31,684 nt of DNA from Candidatus Caldarchaeales archaeon (GTDB taxonomy: Archaea; Thermoproteota; Nitrososphaeria_A; Caldarchaeales; Calditenuaceae). Below are positions 8,286 to 16,373 of this stretch, one piece after another. Below the pieces are notes generated by a model that did no database searches, was not told where the DNA came from, and saw only the letters and a list, made by a program, of their open reading frames with translations. The DNA lies in contig JAVVGN010000015.1 in NCBI GenBank assembly GCA_032249095.1, positions 1 through 31,684 on the forward strand, written 5' to 3'. The translations under genes were made by a program, and so were the position numbers. Positions within the stretch are counted from its first letter, which is position 1. Each line of letters begins with the position of its first letter.

Positions 8286-8855
8286 CTAAAGCGTCAAAAG
8301 GGAAATGCACCTTCGGATTTTATCCACTAATTCTGGGATGCTTTGGGCGAACACCCGTATCGGTGGATGCCCTTCGGGCTTCAAAAAGATATTCTCTCCA
8401 GTCGCAAAAAACTCAATAGAAACCAATTTCCTTGACGGTGTGATGGCTGCAATTTCTTGAACCCTTTTTGTCCCTTTTATAACATTCGACATTGGGAGAA
8501 TATCCTCCAAAATTAGAGAGACCCTAATCTTTGTAAAGAGCAGTTCCGATGTTACTTCTCTCGCCCTTTCGAAGAAAGCTGCCCAGATATTTCTGATTTC
8601 TGTGGGGGAGAAAACATCGGAAGCGACATCGTTCTCTATAATTATCCTGTCGGCTGGCAGACGGGCGACGACGAAAACCAAATGGTAGCTGTCCTCGTTG
8701 CCATTGTAGAAGGGATATAAGCGCCAGATATGGTAATCTATTTCCCCCTCATTTCGTCGGCTATAGCGGCAGGTAATCCCCCACGCCGAGAGAAATCGGA
8801 CAAATCGCCTGTTGAACAGGTCAACGAGTTGCGAAACTTCAATCCGATAAGGCAT
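8286..8855 (-). CDS. array paralog, subfamily A (divergent C-terminus)
   Basis: ATG at 8855 after GGGAGGCAAAGGTAG. Contains FVRFLSAWGITCRY. C-terminus is ELVDKIRRCISLLTL with a TAG stop. Confidence 0.7.
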   Translation of the reverse strand: MPYRIEVSQLVDLFNRRFVRFLSAWGITCRYSRRNEGEIDYHIWRLYPFYNGNEDSYHLVFVVARLPADRIIIENDVASDVFSPTEIRNIWAAFFERAREVTSELLFTKIRVSLILEDILPMSNVIKGTKRVQEIAAITPSRKLVSIEFFATGENIFLKPEGHPPIRVFAQSIPELVDKIRRCISLLTL

Positions 8856-8873
8856 CTACCTTTGCCTCCCTTT

Positions 8874-8903
8874 GAGAGTTATTTTCGGCGCCGAAATTAA
8901 CCC
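8874..8903. promoter_or_regulatory. 30-bp palindrome, imperfect copy (2 arm mismatches)
   Basis: AGAGTTATTTTCGGCGCCGAAATTAACCCT, 18 nt upstream of the ATG at 8855. Confidence 0.6.
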
Positions 8904-8917
8904 TTTCGCCAGCCTCC

Positions 8918-9511
8918 TTATATCAGAAGGGTCGTCAGGGCTTTTGTGATGATATCGGCAATATCTCCTTCCGAAGGGACATCGGCAACTACATCGTATT
9001 CGTTTTCCCAATGATCAAAACCGTCCATGTAGCGGATGTGGATTTTTCGCAAAGTAAATTTGATAATAACTCTATAGTGGTTTGGTAATACAAGCTGGTT
9101 TTTGCCTAAATGAAGCGCTTTTGGAATGCGGGTTGCCACCATACATGTCAGAAGTTTAGAAGTCAATGAATTCATCTGCCCGTAGAACTGCCGCCAATCG
9201 TCGGCGCTGAACGCACCTTCCTTATCTGGACGGACAATCCACGGGGCGTGGGTGGCGATGTAAATGTACGTCTTATAGAAGTCTTCATCTTTGTCTTTTA
9301 TATCAGCGAAATAAAGACCGTGCTCCGCAGGGGTGGGTGGCGGAACGGTAATTACAAAAGAAGTTCCTTCTATCTGCCCACCAGATTTCCTGATGGCATC
9401 GACGGCGAAGTAGTATTCTAAGCCCGTTTCTTTTACTTGAACTCCCCCCATGCGTTTGAGAATAGGGATGTACTTCTTAGCGACGATATAGGCTAGTTTT
9501 TTCGACAGCAT
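8918..9511 (-). CDS. array paralog, subfamily B (paralog of 4273-4893)
   Basis: ATG at 9511. Contains KKYIPILKRMGGVQV, WRQFYGQMNSLTSKLLTCMVATRIPKA and SEGDIADIITKALTTLLI. Confidence 0.75.
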   Translation of the reverse strand: MLSKKLAYIVAKKYIPILKRMGGVQVKETGLEYYFAVDAIRKSGGQIEGTSFVITVPPPTPAEHGLYFADIKDKDEDFYKTYIYIATHAPWIVRPDKEGAFSADDWRQFYGQMNSLTSKLLTCMVATRIPKALHLGKNQLVLPNHYRVIIKFTLRKIHIRYMDGFDHWENEYDVVADVPSEGDIADIITKALTTLLI

Positions 9512-9573
9512 TGTTGTCGCCCCCTTGCAGTCGTTTGTATCGTGGGAAGGCAGCCTTTGCCGTCCAACGCTGA

Positions 9574-9585
9574 ATTATTCGGCAG
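9574..9585 (-). promoter_or_regulatory. conserved 12-mer CTGCCGAATAAT
   Basis: Exact copy, 62 nt upstream of the ATG at 9511. Confidence 0.55.
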
Positions 9586-9621
9586 GGGTGACGGGTGACC
9601 CTATTGGAAAAGGGGCGTCGG

Positions 9622-10248
9622 TCAGAGGGAGACGGCAACGACGAGGGCGCGGAAAAGAGTTTGGTATGCGTCAAAGGGGTTTTCTTGAAGGTCTTCCTTG
9701 ATGGTGGCTACATCTTTGAAGATGCCCGTGTCAGTTACCACCTTTGCTTTCCAGACCCAGCACTGCTTATAAAGACGGAAGGACACACTTGTTATGGTGT
9801 TACCTATCTTGCTGTAGAAGGTAAGCGTGTGTTGGGCGGGGTTTTGGCAGATTTTCCCTACGGCGAAGCGGGCGATAGAAGTGCGAAATGCCTTTCGTGC
9901 TAGCTCTGGTAGTTGTTCAATGTGATACAGAAAGGGGTCTCCGTAAATATACACTCTTTCTTCATCCGCCTCGCTGCTCCAAAAAGTTACTCTGAGGAGC
10001 TTCCCGAAATCGATGCTAGTGGTTTTTCTAAGGACACTGCTGTAGTCGCTCTTGTAGCAGATACTAAGGTGGACTGTCTCCTTGCCGTCAGAGATGACCC
10101 ACCCGCTCTCTTGGAATGCCCCGCCGTCCCCAAACCGCCCGCACCTCTCGACGGGGTATTGGTTGACGGAAATCCCCCACTTTTCCAGCAAGGGGGCGAA
10201 CTCCTGCTGCCAAATTTGGCAAATCGTGTAGTAATCTTCCAATTGCAT
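9622..10248 (-). CDS. array paralog, subfamily A
   Basis: ATG at 10248 after GGAGGTGCACAGCG. Contains FAPLLEKWGISV and QCWVWKAKV...LQENPFDAYQTLFRALVVAVSL. Confidence 0.75.
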   Translation of the reverse strand: MQLEDYYTICQIWQQEFAPLLEKWGISVNQYPVERCGRFGDGGAFQESGWVISDGKETVHLSICYKSDYSSVLRKTTSIDFGKLLRVTFWSSEADEERVYIYGDPFLYHIEQLPELARKAFRTSIARFAVGKICQNPAQHTLTFYSKIGNTITSVSFRLYKQCWVWKAKVVTDTGIFKDVATIKEDLQENPFDAYQTLFRALVVAVSL

Positions 10249-10270
10249 CGCTGTGCACCTCCGCCGTCGG

Positions 10271-10282
10271 ATTATTCGGCGG
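10271..10282 (-). promoter_or_regulatory. 12-mer variant CCGCCGAATAAT
   Basis: One mismatch to the consensus, 22 nt upstream of the ATG at 10248. Confidence 0.5.
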
Positions 10283-10295
10283 GCGATAATAGATT

Positions 10296-10605
10296 AAAAA
10301 ACGCCCACCGCCCCACGGAGGTCACCTACCGTCGGCTAAAGCCGACGGCTTGCCCTTGCGCTGATGAGCGCAGGGCTTCCGCCCCAAAGGGCGCCCGCCT
10401 ACCTTCGGCGGTTAGGTTTCCTGCCGCCGACCTCGGCGGGGGGGCTGGGTGACAGTGATGTCGGGTCACCCCCGACCAGCCCACTGCCCTACCAACCGCT
10501 GGGTTGGTAAGACAGCATAAGTTACCCTCCCCAGGTCTCTGTGGACGCACATGGCACGCCGACGGAAGACGGGGCGGTGGGCGGCGATGGGACGCCGTGC
10601 GTCGG
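10296..10605 (-). ncRNA. candidate structured RNA or complex terminator (class unknown)
   Basis: GC-rich segment with no credible coding frame. Contains many local hairpins, for example 10329-10348, 10353-10375, 10423-10438 and 10490-10509. A 13-bp exact long-range complement (10302-10314 with 10571-10583) is followed on the minus strand by a T6 run (10296-10301). Confidence 0.3.
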
Positions 10606-10654
10606 TCGGGAGCGATTACCTTGGCACCGTCTTTAATATTTTACCTGAAACGAC

Positions 10655-11392
10655 TTACAACTGTCCTAGCCAATAAGCTTTCCCTATCGCCTGAATGAGC
10701 CTTTCGCCTTCGTTGATGGGGTTTTCCTTGATGGGATAGCGCAGCGTTACTATTTCGTCTTCTCTTCCGTCGAGACTGTGTAAGGTTGTTGTGTAGAGAG
10801 CGCCGACGACCCGCCAAATCCACTCGTCAGTTATTTTGTTGAACGAGAAATCCACTCGTATCTCGTCATAGAAAAAGTTGGGGCTTCTGGTTCTGGGCAA
10901 TAGGCGGAGCGTCGTATCTTCCAAGTGAGCCAGTTTAAAAGGCAAGGTCTTGTCACGAAGGACTTTTCCTTTGACGGCGGCTGTAACGAGCCCAGCTACC
11001 GCCATAAAGACAAAGGCGCTGCTTACAGCTTCTATTCCCCCCACTGTAGAAAATTCACCAGGGCTTATAGATCTTCTGAAGGATCGAAAGACAGTGCCTA
11101 ATTGCACGATGCCTCTGTCCACCCAAACCGACACAATCGCCGTATAGGGAAAAAGATAAGGGCAATCCCACAAATGGGTGGTGGTAGGTAAGAAGAGCAT
11201 CTCTTCGGTGGGGGGCGCACACTCTCTTACGCAGCGGGCGTCAACAGCCCGCCAGCCATCAACAACCATCTTCGCTCCAGTGGGGTCGTGCTGGCGGTAG
11301 CGAACGGGGTAGCCCCACTGGCCCAGCAGGTTTCCTAGCTCCCTGTTAACCGTCAAGACGACCGTCTTTAAGCAATCGCTAAGTTCCAGCAT
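10655..11392 (-). CDS. array paralog, subfamily A (enlarged, 245 aa)
   Basis: ATG at 11392 after AAAGGGGGCACAAGAGCA. Contains LGNLLGQWGYPVRY and DEWIWRVVG...IKENPINEGERLIQAIGKAYWLGQL. Confidence 0.7.
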   Translation of the reverse strand: MLELSDCLKTVVLTVNRELGNLLGQWGYPVRYRQHDPTGAKMVVDGWRAVDARCVRECAPPTEEMLFLPTTTHLWDCPYLFPYTAIVSVWVDRGIVQLGTVFRSFRRSISPGEFSTVGGIEAVSSAFVFMAVAGLVTAAVKGKVLRDKTLPFKLAHLEDTTLRLLPRTRSPNFFYDEIRVDFSFNKITDEWIWRVVGALYTTTLHSLDGREDEIVTLRYPIKENPINEGERLIQAIGKAYWLGQL

Positions 11393-11429
11393 TGCTCTTG
11401 TGCCCCCTTTAGTTTTGGTGTGACAAAGC

Positions 11430-11470
11430 GCCCGCCGCCCCCGCTGGGGGTCGTTGCCGAGGCGGCGGGC
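11430..11470 (-). terminator. GC-rich hairpin downstream of the VWA gene
   Basis: 10-bp arms GCCCGCCGCC / GGCGGCGGGC with a 21-nt loop, followed on the minus strand by GCTTTGT (weak U-tract). Confidence 0.35.
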
Positions 11471-11542
11471 GAGGGCAGGTGGACAGGGGGTGGGGGTGAA
11501 GGCGATGCGATGCGATGCGCCTACTTTATTTTACTCAGAGAG

Positions 11543-12958
11543 TTAGTCGGCGACTTCAACGACTTTTGCCCAACTGGGCATCTTGTCTTTGCTTTCGTGC
11601 TTTTCCCCAATGAGGCAGATGATGAGCGGTAGGGGTGTTGGGTCTTCAGGGAATGGTGAGTAGCCGTCGGTCAGGACGACGATGGCGTTGTAGCGCCTTC
11701 GCCGCCTTTCCTGTAAGGCTCGGTTGATGCCTTCTACCATATCCGTCCCGCCACGCCCGACAATTTCCCTGACCTGCGAAAACGACTTAACATCACGGAC
11801 GATTTTGTGGACGGCGGCATCGCACATGTAGACATCCACTTTGATGTTCGCCTGTCGGGTGATGCCCAGAATTTCCGCAAGCGCCCGCTCAATCTCTGCC
11901 ATAGACATACTTCCGCTTGTGTCAAGGACAGCAGCAACGGCGTCTGCGTCATATTGCACCATTGACGGGATGACGAAGGGATGATAGGCTTCGCCTCGGC
12001 GGTTCGGGTAAAGGAAGGTATAGTCCTCTTTGCCCCTTGCGGCATTCGTCCGTGACTTGCGGATAAGGTGAGCGAGCAATTGACGCCAGTTGATTTTGGG
12101 GTTAAGAATTTGTTCGGCGATTTCCACCAAGTCGGCTGGAACCGTTCCCCTATTTTTGGCGTGCTCCTTGATTTGGCGGGCGGTCTCTTCCATTCGGGCA
12201 CGAATCTGCGCTTCCGATGCGCCCGGCTGGTCTTTATCTTGTGGGTCTAATTCATAGTCCTTCGGTGTGCCAGCGCCACTGCCACCTTCATCCAGCCGTT
12301 GCGGGAGTGTCGGGTATTTGTGCCCCTGCACTAAGATAACCGTGCCACCCGACCCCTTTCCTTGCTTCCATTGCTGCATAAAGGACTCAGGGATGCGCAG
12401 GTAGTACTCTTCAGCGCTCAATCCCTCAGGCAACCCAAGTTTTTGGGGCAAGAAGATGAGTTCCGTCAGTTGCGGGTAGGGGGCAAGGTCAAGATGTTGA
12501 TTGATTTCCAAGTCCGCTGCGATGTTCCATTTCTCGTGGTCGTTAGGCGTGACGCCCATCATCGTCGCCCTGACAGAGTGGCGGCGGAAAAGATGCTCAA
12601 TTTCGTGTCGCAGAATTTCCACCATCAGGTTAATCGGGTAGTCCGAGATAACATCAGAGTCAAGAAACTGTTTGAGACTTTCAGTGGTGATGACCTTCGG
12701 AAATTTCGGGTGAAAGGACAGGACGAAGAAGGGGTTGAAGTAAATCCGTCCCCACTTATCTACTGCAACCGTGTCGCAACCGATGACCTTGACGAAGCGG
12801 AGAAGCCCCGCCAGTGGCGCATAATAGGGATAGCGGGCGAGCTGGCTCGTGCGGAAGCCCCACGCCCGTGCCGCCCGCAGGAGTTCCAGCGCCTTGTCAA
12901 AAGCCAAGTCAAGCACCTCGTCGCTAATCTCAACGACCTTGATTTCTGGCTTTTTCAT
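11543..12958 (-). CDS. Zn-metallopeptidase-like (HExxH) N-domain fused to a VWA domain (DUF2201-like architecture)
   Basis: HEIEH motif in EILRHEIEHLFRRH. MIDAS-type DxSxS in AVLDTSGSMS. Sits immediately downstream of a MoxR-like ATPase, the usual pairing. Confidence 0.75.
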   Translation of the reverse strand: MKKPEIKVVEISDEVLDLAFDKALELLRAARAWGFRTSQLARYPYYAPLAGLLRFVKVIGCDTVAVDKWGRIYFNPFFVLSFHPKFPKVITTESLKQFLDSDVISDYPINLMVEILRHEIEHLFRRHSVRATMMGVTPNDHEKWNIAADLEINQHLDLAPYPQLTELIFLPQKLGLPEGLSAEEYYLRIPESFMQQWKQGKGSGGTVILVQGHKYPTLPQRLDEGGSGAGTPKDYELDPQDKDQPGASEAQIRARMEETARQIKEHAKNRGTVPADLVEIAEQILNPKINWRQLLAHLIRKSRTNAARGKEDYTFLYPNRRGEAYHPFVIPSMVQYDADAVAAVLDTSGSMSMAEIERALAEILGITRQANIKVDVYMCDAAVHKIVRDVKSFSQVREIVGRGGTDMVEGINRALQERRRRRYNAIVVLTDGYSPFPEDPTPLPLIICLIGEKHESKDKMPSWAKVVEVAD

Positions 12959-13004
12959 CGTACTTCCCCCCTTTGTGTTGTTGGACTGTTTTGCCCGCTA
13001 TTTC

Positions 13005-13016
13005 GTTATTCGGCAG
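13005..13016 (-). promoter_or_regulatory. 12-mer variant CTGCCGAATAAC
   Basis: One mismatch to the consensus, 46 nt upstream of the ATG at 12958. Confidence 0.5.
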
Positions 13017-13032
13017 AGCGGAGCGTCGGAAG

Positions 13033-13066
13033 GTGGGGCGGGGCAGGTTCGTCTGCCCCACCCCAC
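13033..13066 (-). terminator. GC-rich hairpin downstream of the AAA+ gene
   Basis: 14-bp stem with one mismatch (GTGGGGCGGGGCAG / CTGCCCCACCCCAC) and a 6-nt loop. No clear U-tract. Confidence 0.3.
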
Positions 13067-13076
13067 GCTTCAGCAT

Positions 13077-14324
13077 CTAACTGGCGAGGCTTTGCTGCCA
13101 CTTCGTCACGATTGCCGCAAGGCTGTCAACCACCCGTTTGAAGTCGGGAGGCACATAAGGTGGAAGCTTGCTAGCTGGTGTCACCATAATCTGCAAGATT
13201 GTCCAATATTTGTCAATGTTGACGGACGGGTCACGGGCGACTTCGTTCATATAGGACAGAAGCATCAAGGCGAGGTCACGACGGTTCAACTTATCTGCGT
13301 CGGCAAGTTTGACGGCGAAGTTGGCGATAAGCGTGAAGATTTTGTTGTTGCGCTTTTTCGCTGCGTCGTAGTAAATTTGGGCGATGTTAGAGATGAGCAA
13401 CAATTGGGTGTCTTCCTTGCTAGGGAAAGGCGCTTTGCCTTCCAGCACCGCCATCGGGTCTGGCATATCCAAATTCTCAAGCCAGTGGATGAAAGGAGTT
13501 GCGGCGCTGCCGCCGATGCAACCGACGGCAAGGAGCCCGTGCAGTTCCGTCGCCCGATGCTCCGTCAAGGAGATGCCCCAGTAAAGGTCAGCAGCTGCCA
13601 TCAACTTCGTCAAAAACTCCCAGCTTCGTGGTGATGGGAAGGCGTAACAGTCGGGGAACTCCATCCCTTCACGAGGGAGTTGGTGAATAAGCGATGGGTT
13701 GACTTTCTCAAGGAAGGTGGCGACGACGCTCCCCCACTTTCGCAGGTAGGGCGTCATATTAGCATCCCAAATCGCCTTCAGCCGCTCAATAATCTCGTTG
13801 TCCTCAGCAAAACTCCCGAAGCGGAAATAGTTGGCAATCGGCTTAGGCGCTGGCGGCTGGAATTGCAGATGGACGAAGCGGTTCGCCATCGGAAGAGACA
13901 GCTCAAAACCCAACCCCGTCATCTCAGACGGGTTGCCCGCACCCAGAATGCGGGTCTGCGGGTGGAGTTTGAAGTCGTCAACGGCTCGCTCAAGAATGAG
14001 ACGCAACAATGCTGCCCACACGGCAGGTGGAGCAGCGGTAATCTCGTCAAGGAAGATGAGGCTCGGTTCAGTGGCAGCGACTTTCAGAAAGTAGGGGCGC
14101 TCAAACTGCGTTCCGCTCTCCGTGCGGTAGGGCAAGCCACGAATGTCCGTCGGGTCTAAAGTTGACCCAATAATTGTGAACACCTTGAAGCCGAGCGCCG
14201 CGCCGAGCGATTCCACGAAGCGGGATTTGCCGACACCCGGATAGCCCCACACCAGGGTCGGCACATCCGCCTTCAGCGCCACGCCAATCGCCTCTTTGGC
14301 AAGTTTCTGTTCTGCTGACGCCAT
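13077..14324 (-). CDS. MoxR-like AAA+ ATPase (AAA_5 type)
   Basis: Walker A GYPGVGKS, Walker B LIFLDEI, sensor region ILGAGNP and ANRF. TAG stop. Confidence 0.85.
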   Translation of the reverse strand: MASAEQKLAKEAIGVALKADVPTLVWGYPGVGKSRFVESLGAALGFKVFTIIGSTLDPTDIRGLPYRTESGTQFERPYFLKVAATEPSLIFLDEITAAPPAVWAALLRLILERAVDDFKLHPQTRILGAGNPSEMTGLGFELSLPMANRFVHLQFQPPAPKPIANYFRFGSFAEDNEIIERLKAIWDANMTPYLRKWGSVVATFLEKVNPSLIHQLPREGMEFPDCYAFPSPRSWEFLTKLMAAADLYWGISLTEHRATELHGLLAVGCIGGSAATPFIHWLENLDMPDPMAVLEGKAPFPSKEDTQLLLISNIAQIYYDAAKKRNNKIFTLIANFAVKLADADKLNRRDLALMLLSYMNEVARDPSVNIDKYWTILQIMVTPASKLPPYVPPDFKRVVDSLAAIVTKWQQSLAS

Positions 14325-14366
14325 CGTCGGTCACCCTCCTTTTGTGAGTTTTTGCGTCACCCGTCT

Positions 14367-14378
14367 ATTATTCGGCAG
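14367..14378 (-). promoter_or_regulatory. conserved 12-mer CTGCCGAATAAT (proximal copy of a tandem pair)
   Basis: Exact copy, 42 nt upstream of the ATG at 14324. Confidence 0.6.
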
Positions 14379-14446
14379 GGCTATCGCCTTACCTCAAACG
14401 ATGGGCGGGGGATAACGACGACTTGTGGGATTTCAACCGTACTTCT

Positions 14447-14458
14447 ATTATTCGGCAG
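14447..14458 (-). promoter_or_regulatory. conserved 12-mer CTGCCGAATAAT (distal copy of a tandem pair)
   Basis: Exact copy, 68 nt upstream of the proximal copy. It begins 1 nt after the TAG stop of 14460-15080. Confidence 0.5.
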
Positions 14459-14459
14459 A

Positions 14460-15080
14460 CTAAATGTGGTAAAGCGCCAGTGCCCGCTCTAAGCACTTCA
14501 CCACGAGCGGATACTTGTCGGAGATAGTCAAGGCGGGTTCGGGGTCTTTCCCTAGGTGGGCGCTGACAGCGGCGAAAAACCCGTCGGGATGAAGGGAAAA
14601 GGGAACTTGCATTGTGATAGTCGCCCGACCTCGTGGCGATGCTGCGGTTTCGTTGACGACAATGGCGGTGTCATCTACGATGACGGCGATATGACTCCTT
14701 GGTCGGATACTCAGTTGGTAAAACTCCCACAATGCTCTCTCAATAAGGCGACAAAGGTGGTCGTGCAAGGCATCCGCTAAGAGAAAAGCGATAGCCTCCG
14801 CCGCCGTCCTATGAAACCATCCGTCCCTTCTTAGGCGACCGCCTAGCAGCGCTACCAAAGGAGAATAGAAGAAGGGCTTTTCCAAGTCAGGGTGGAAGTA
14901 AACGGTGGCACATAAATATGTCATGGGGGATTGGAGGGTAAATCGTAAAGGGATAGGCAAAATTTCCTCAGATGTGAGGCTTAGTTCCCATTTCCATCCG
15001 AGTTGATCAAGGACGCCTGCCTTCTCAATTAAATAGACCATCGTTGAGAGAACCTTTTCCGCTAGTATCTTCGTGGGCAT
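14460..15080 (-). CDS. array paralog, subfamily C
   Basis: ATG at 15080 gives MPTKILAEKVLSTMVYLIEKAGVLDQ, parallel to MPTNKAAIVRTLNLIVKEIERTGL of 1033-1638. C-terminus is YPLVVKCLERALALYHI. Overlaps the upstream gene by 56 nt, so the start is uncertain. Confidence 0.6.
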   Translation of the reverse strand: MPTKILAEKVLSTMVYLIEKAGVLDQLGWKWELSLTSEEILPIPLRFTLQSPMTYLCATVYFHPDLEKPFFYSPLVALLGGRLRRDGWFHRTAAEAIAFLLADALHDHLCRLIERALWEFYQLSIRPRSHIAVIVDDTAIVVNETAASPRGRATITMQVPFSLHPDGFFAAVSAHLGKDPEPALTISDKYPLVVKCLERALALYHI

Positions 15081-15606
15081 CGCTCTCGCCACCTTGCGGT
15101 TTTGCCCCCATCTGAAGGTGGGGGATAGTGAAGGAGGCAGTAAGTAGAAGGACGATGGAGGCGACAAGAAATCCCTTTACAAGGACGGTTACTGCTACCG
15201 CCAACCCCGCAAGGCACATCAGTATGTCTCCGACCACCTTCGTTTCTGTGCTGTAATAGGGATTAACAGTTTTCGCCGCTTTTACTCCCAACGGGTAAAG
15301 GAGAACATAGTTGGCGACAAAGGCAATAACGCCAAGCCAAATCTGTAGGGAAGACAATTGGGACCGACAAAAGAGGGCAAAAAAGAGAAGGAGGCAGATG
15401 ACCTGAACAATGGGGAAAACGGGAACGAAGGATGGTGACTTAGGCATTTCATCGGTGGCGGTGTAAAAACCCAAGTGGGCGAGGGTGAAAATAATTATGC
15501 TCGCCAAAGCGAACGCTGGCGATTTGAAGTAAATCCCACACGCTACCGCTATCAGCGGATAGGCAACCTCGGAAAACGCAGTGGCAACCTGCATTGCACG
15601 GGTCAT
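15025..15606 (-). CDS. multi-pass integral membrane protein (193 aa)
   Basis: ATG at 15606 after GGAGGCGATGAGAG. Has 5-6 long hydrophobic segments, for example AFALASIIIFTLAHLGFY, VFPIVQVICLLLFFALF and LAGLAVAVTVLVKGFLVASIVLLL. Confidence 0.7.
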   Translation of the reverse strand: MTRAMQVATAFSEVAYPLIAVACGIYFKSPAFALASIIIFTLAHLGFYTATDEMPKSPSFVPVFPIVQVICLLLFFALFCRSQLSSLQIWLGVIAFVANYVLLYPLGVKAAKTVNPYYSTETKVVGDILMCLAGLAVAVTVLVKGFLVASIVLLLTASFTIPHLQMGAKPQGGESDAHEDTSGKGSLNDGLFN

Positions 15607-15727
15607 CTCTCATCGCCTCCGCCCTTAAATTTTATCGCATTAAAAAGTTAAAATCAAAGGCAGGGCTGGTAGCCATCGGGCGGAGAAGGTAAAGGATTTC
15701 ATTAAAATCTCAGTGGAGGTGACAAAA

Positions 15728-16186
15728 ATGTCGGATATTCGGTACCTAATCAGAGGCATCCAACACCTGATTAAGGCGATAAGACAAGAAGAGCTAATTC
15801 TCAAGAAGGACCAGGTAACAAAATTTCGCGTAAGATTTGTTTGGAATGGGGAAGAAGGTTTTAACGAGTATATTACCAGCGACGGCGAGGAAGCCGCCGC
15901 GTGGTTTGTGTCTGATACGCGGACTCCTGACAGTATTAAAGACATTGTAGAAAGTGTCATCATAGGGGAAAAATGGTTTAAGATAATGGAAGTATCAGGC
16001 GATATTTTTGAAATCGACGGAAAGAAATACTTGGTTGAGAAAGCCGCGGGTCTTAACCTCACTTATGAAGACATCAAAAAGTTGGTTGAGGAAGGACTAA
16101 CTGAATTGAGCGCCGATGCTGTAACAGACATCTTTCCGATGGATGAGGCAGATGAGTGGTGGGAACGTGAACGTGGAGGAAAATGA
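15728..16186 (+). CDS. hypothetical acidic protein (152 aa), the only plus-strand gene
   Basis: ATG at 15728 after GGAGGTGACAAAA. Visibly AT-richer than its surroundings. Convergent with the tRNA-Arg and 16374 block. Confidence 0.6.
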   Translation: MSDIRYLIRGIQHLIKAIRQEELILKKDQVTKFRVRFVWNGEEGFNEYITSDGEEAAAWFVSDTRTPDSIKDIVESVIIGEKWFKIMEVSGDIFEIDGKKYLVEKAAGLNLTYEDIKKLVEEGLTELSADAVTDIFPMDEADEWWERERGGK

Positions 16187-16285
16187 AGAATAGGTGAATA
16201 GACCTAACGGGCATTTAGGTTAGGCTTGGCGGCACGGCGTGGGCAGGTTGCGTTAGGCGGGCGGAGTTATTCGTTTTCGCACAGG

Positions 16286-16363
16286 TGGTGCGCCCGGAGG
16301 GATTTGAACCCCCGACCTGAGGATTAGAAATCCCCCGCTCTATCCAGACTGAGCTACGGGCGC
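16286..16363 (-). tRNA. tRNA-Arg (anticodon UCU), CCA encoded
   Basis: Hand-folded cloverleaf. Acceptor GCGCCCG/CGGGCGC, D-arm GCUC/GAGC, anticodon stem GGGGA/UCCUC with loop UUUCUAA, T-arm GGGGG-UUCAAAU-CCCUC, then ACCA. Confidence 0.85.
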
Positions 16364-16373
16364 ATTCCCCTAT

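Noticed and set aside
10361-10367. CTGATGA at 10361-10367 as a hammerhead ribozyme core.
   Set aside because: It is simply the loop of a local hairpin (CCCTTGCGC/GCGCAGGG). It is not followed by a stem II hairpin plus GAAA, and there is no plausible stem I/III or cleavage-site arrangement.
10283-10654. RNase P RNA, tmRNA, SRP RNA or 6S RNA identity for the structured GC-rich region.
   Set aside because: The universally conserved signatures are absent on both strands: GGAAAGUCC and ACAGAA for RNase P, the tRNA-like GGUUCGA end plus tag ORF for tmRNA, and GGAAGCAGCCA-type domain IV for SRP.
12362-14159. Long plus-strand ORFs (12362-13141, 12849-13634, 13680-14159) antisense to the VWA and AAA+ genes.
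   Set aside because: They are shadow frames of strongly supported minus-strand genes with clear catalytic motifs. They have no SD-like sequences and their composition is Arg/Gly/Pro-rich junk.
15025-15606. The membrane protein as a holin or lysis-cassette component.
   Set aside because: No endolysin or spanin candidates are adjacent. At 193 aa with 5-6 hydrophobic segments it is larger than typical holins, and there is no supporting motif.
15640-16062. The 140-aa minus-strand ORF opposite the plus-strand gene.
   Set aside because: It has no SD and a Ser/Leu/Ile-rich low-complexity translation. It is fully antisense to an ORF with a strong SD (GGAGGTGACAAAAATG) and protein-like composition.
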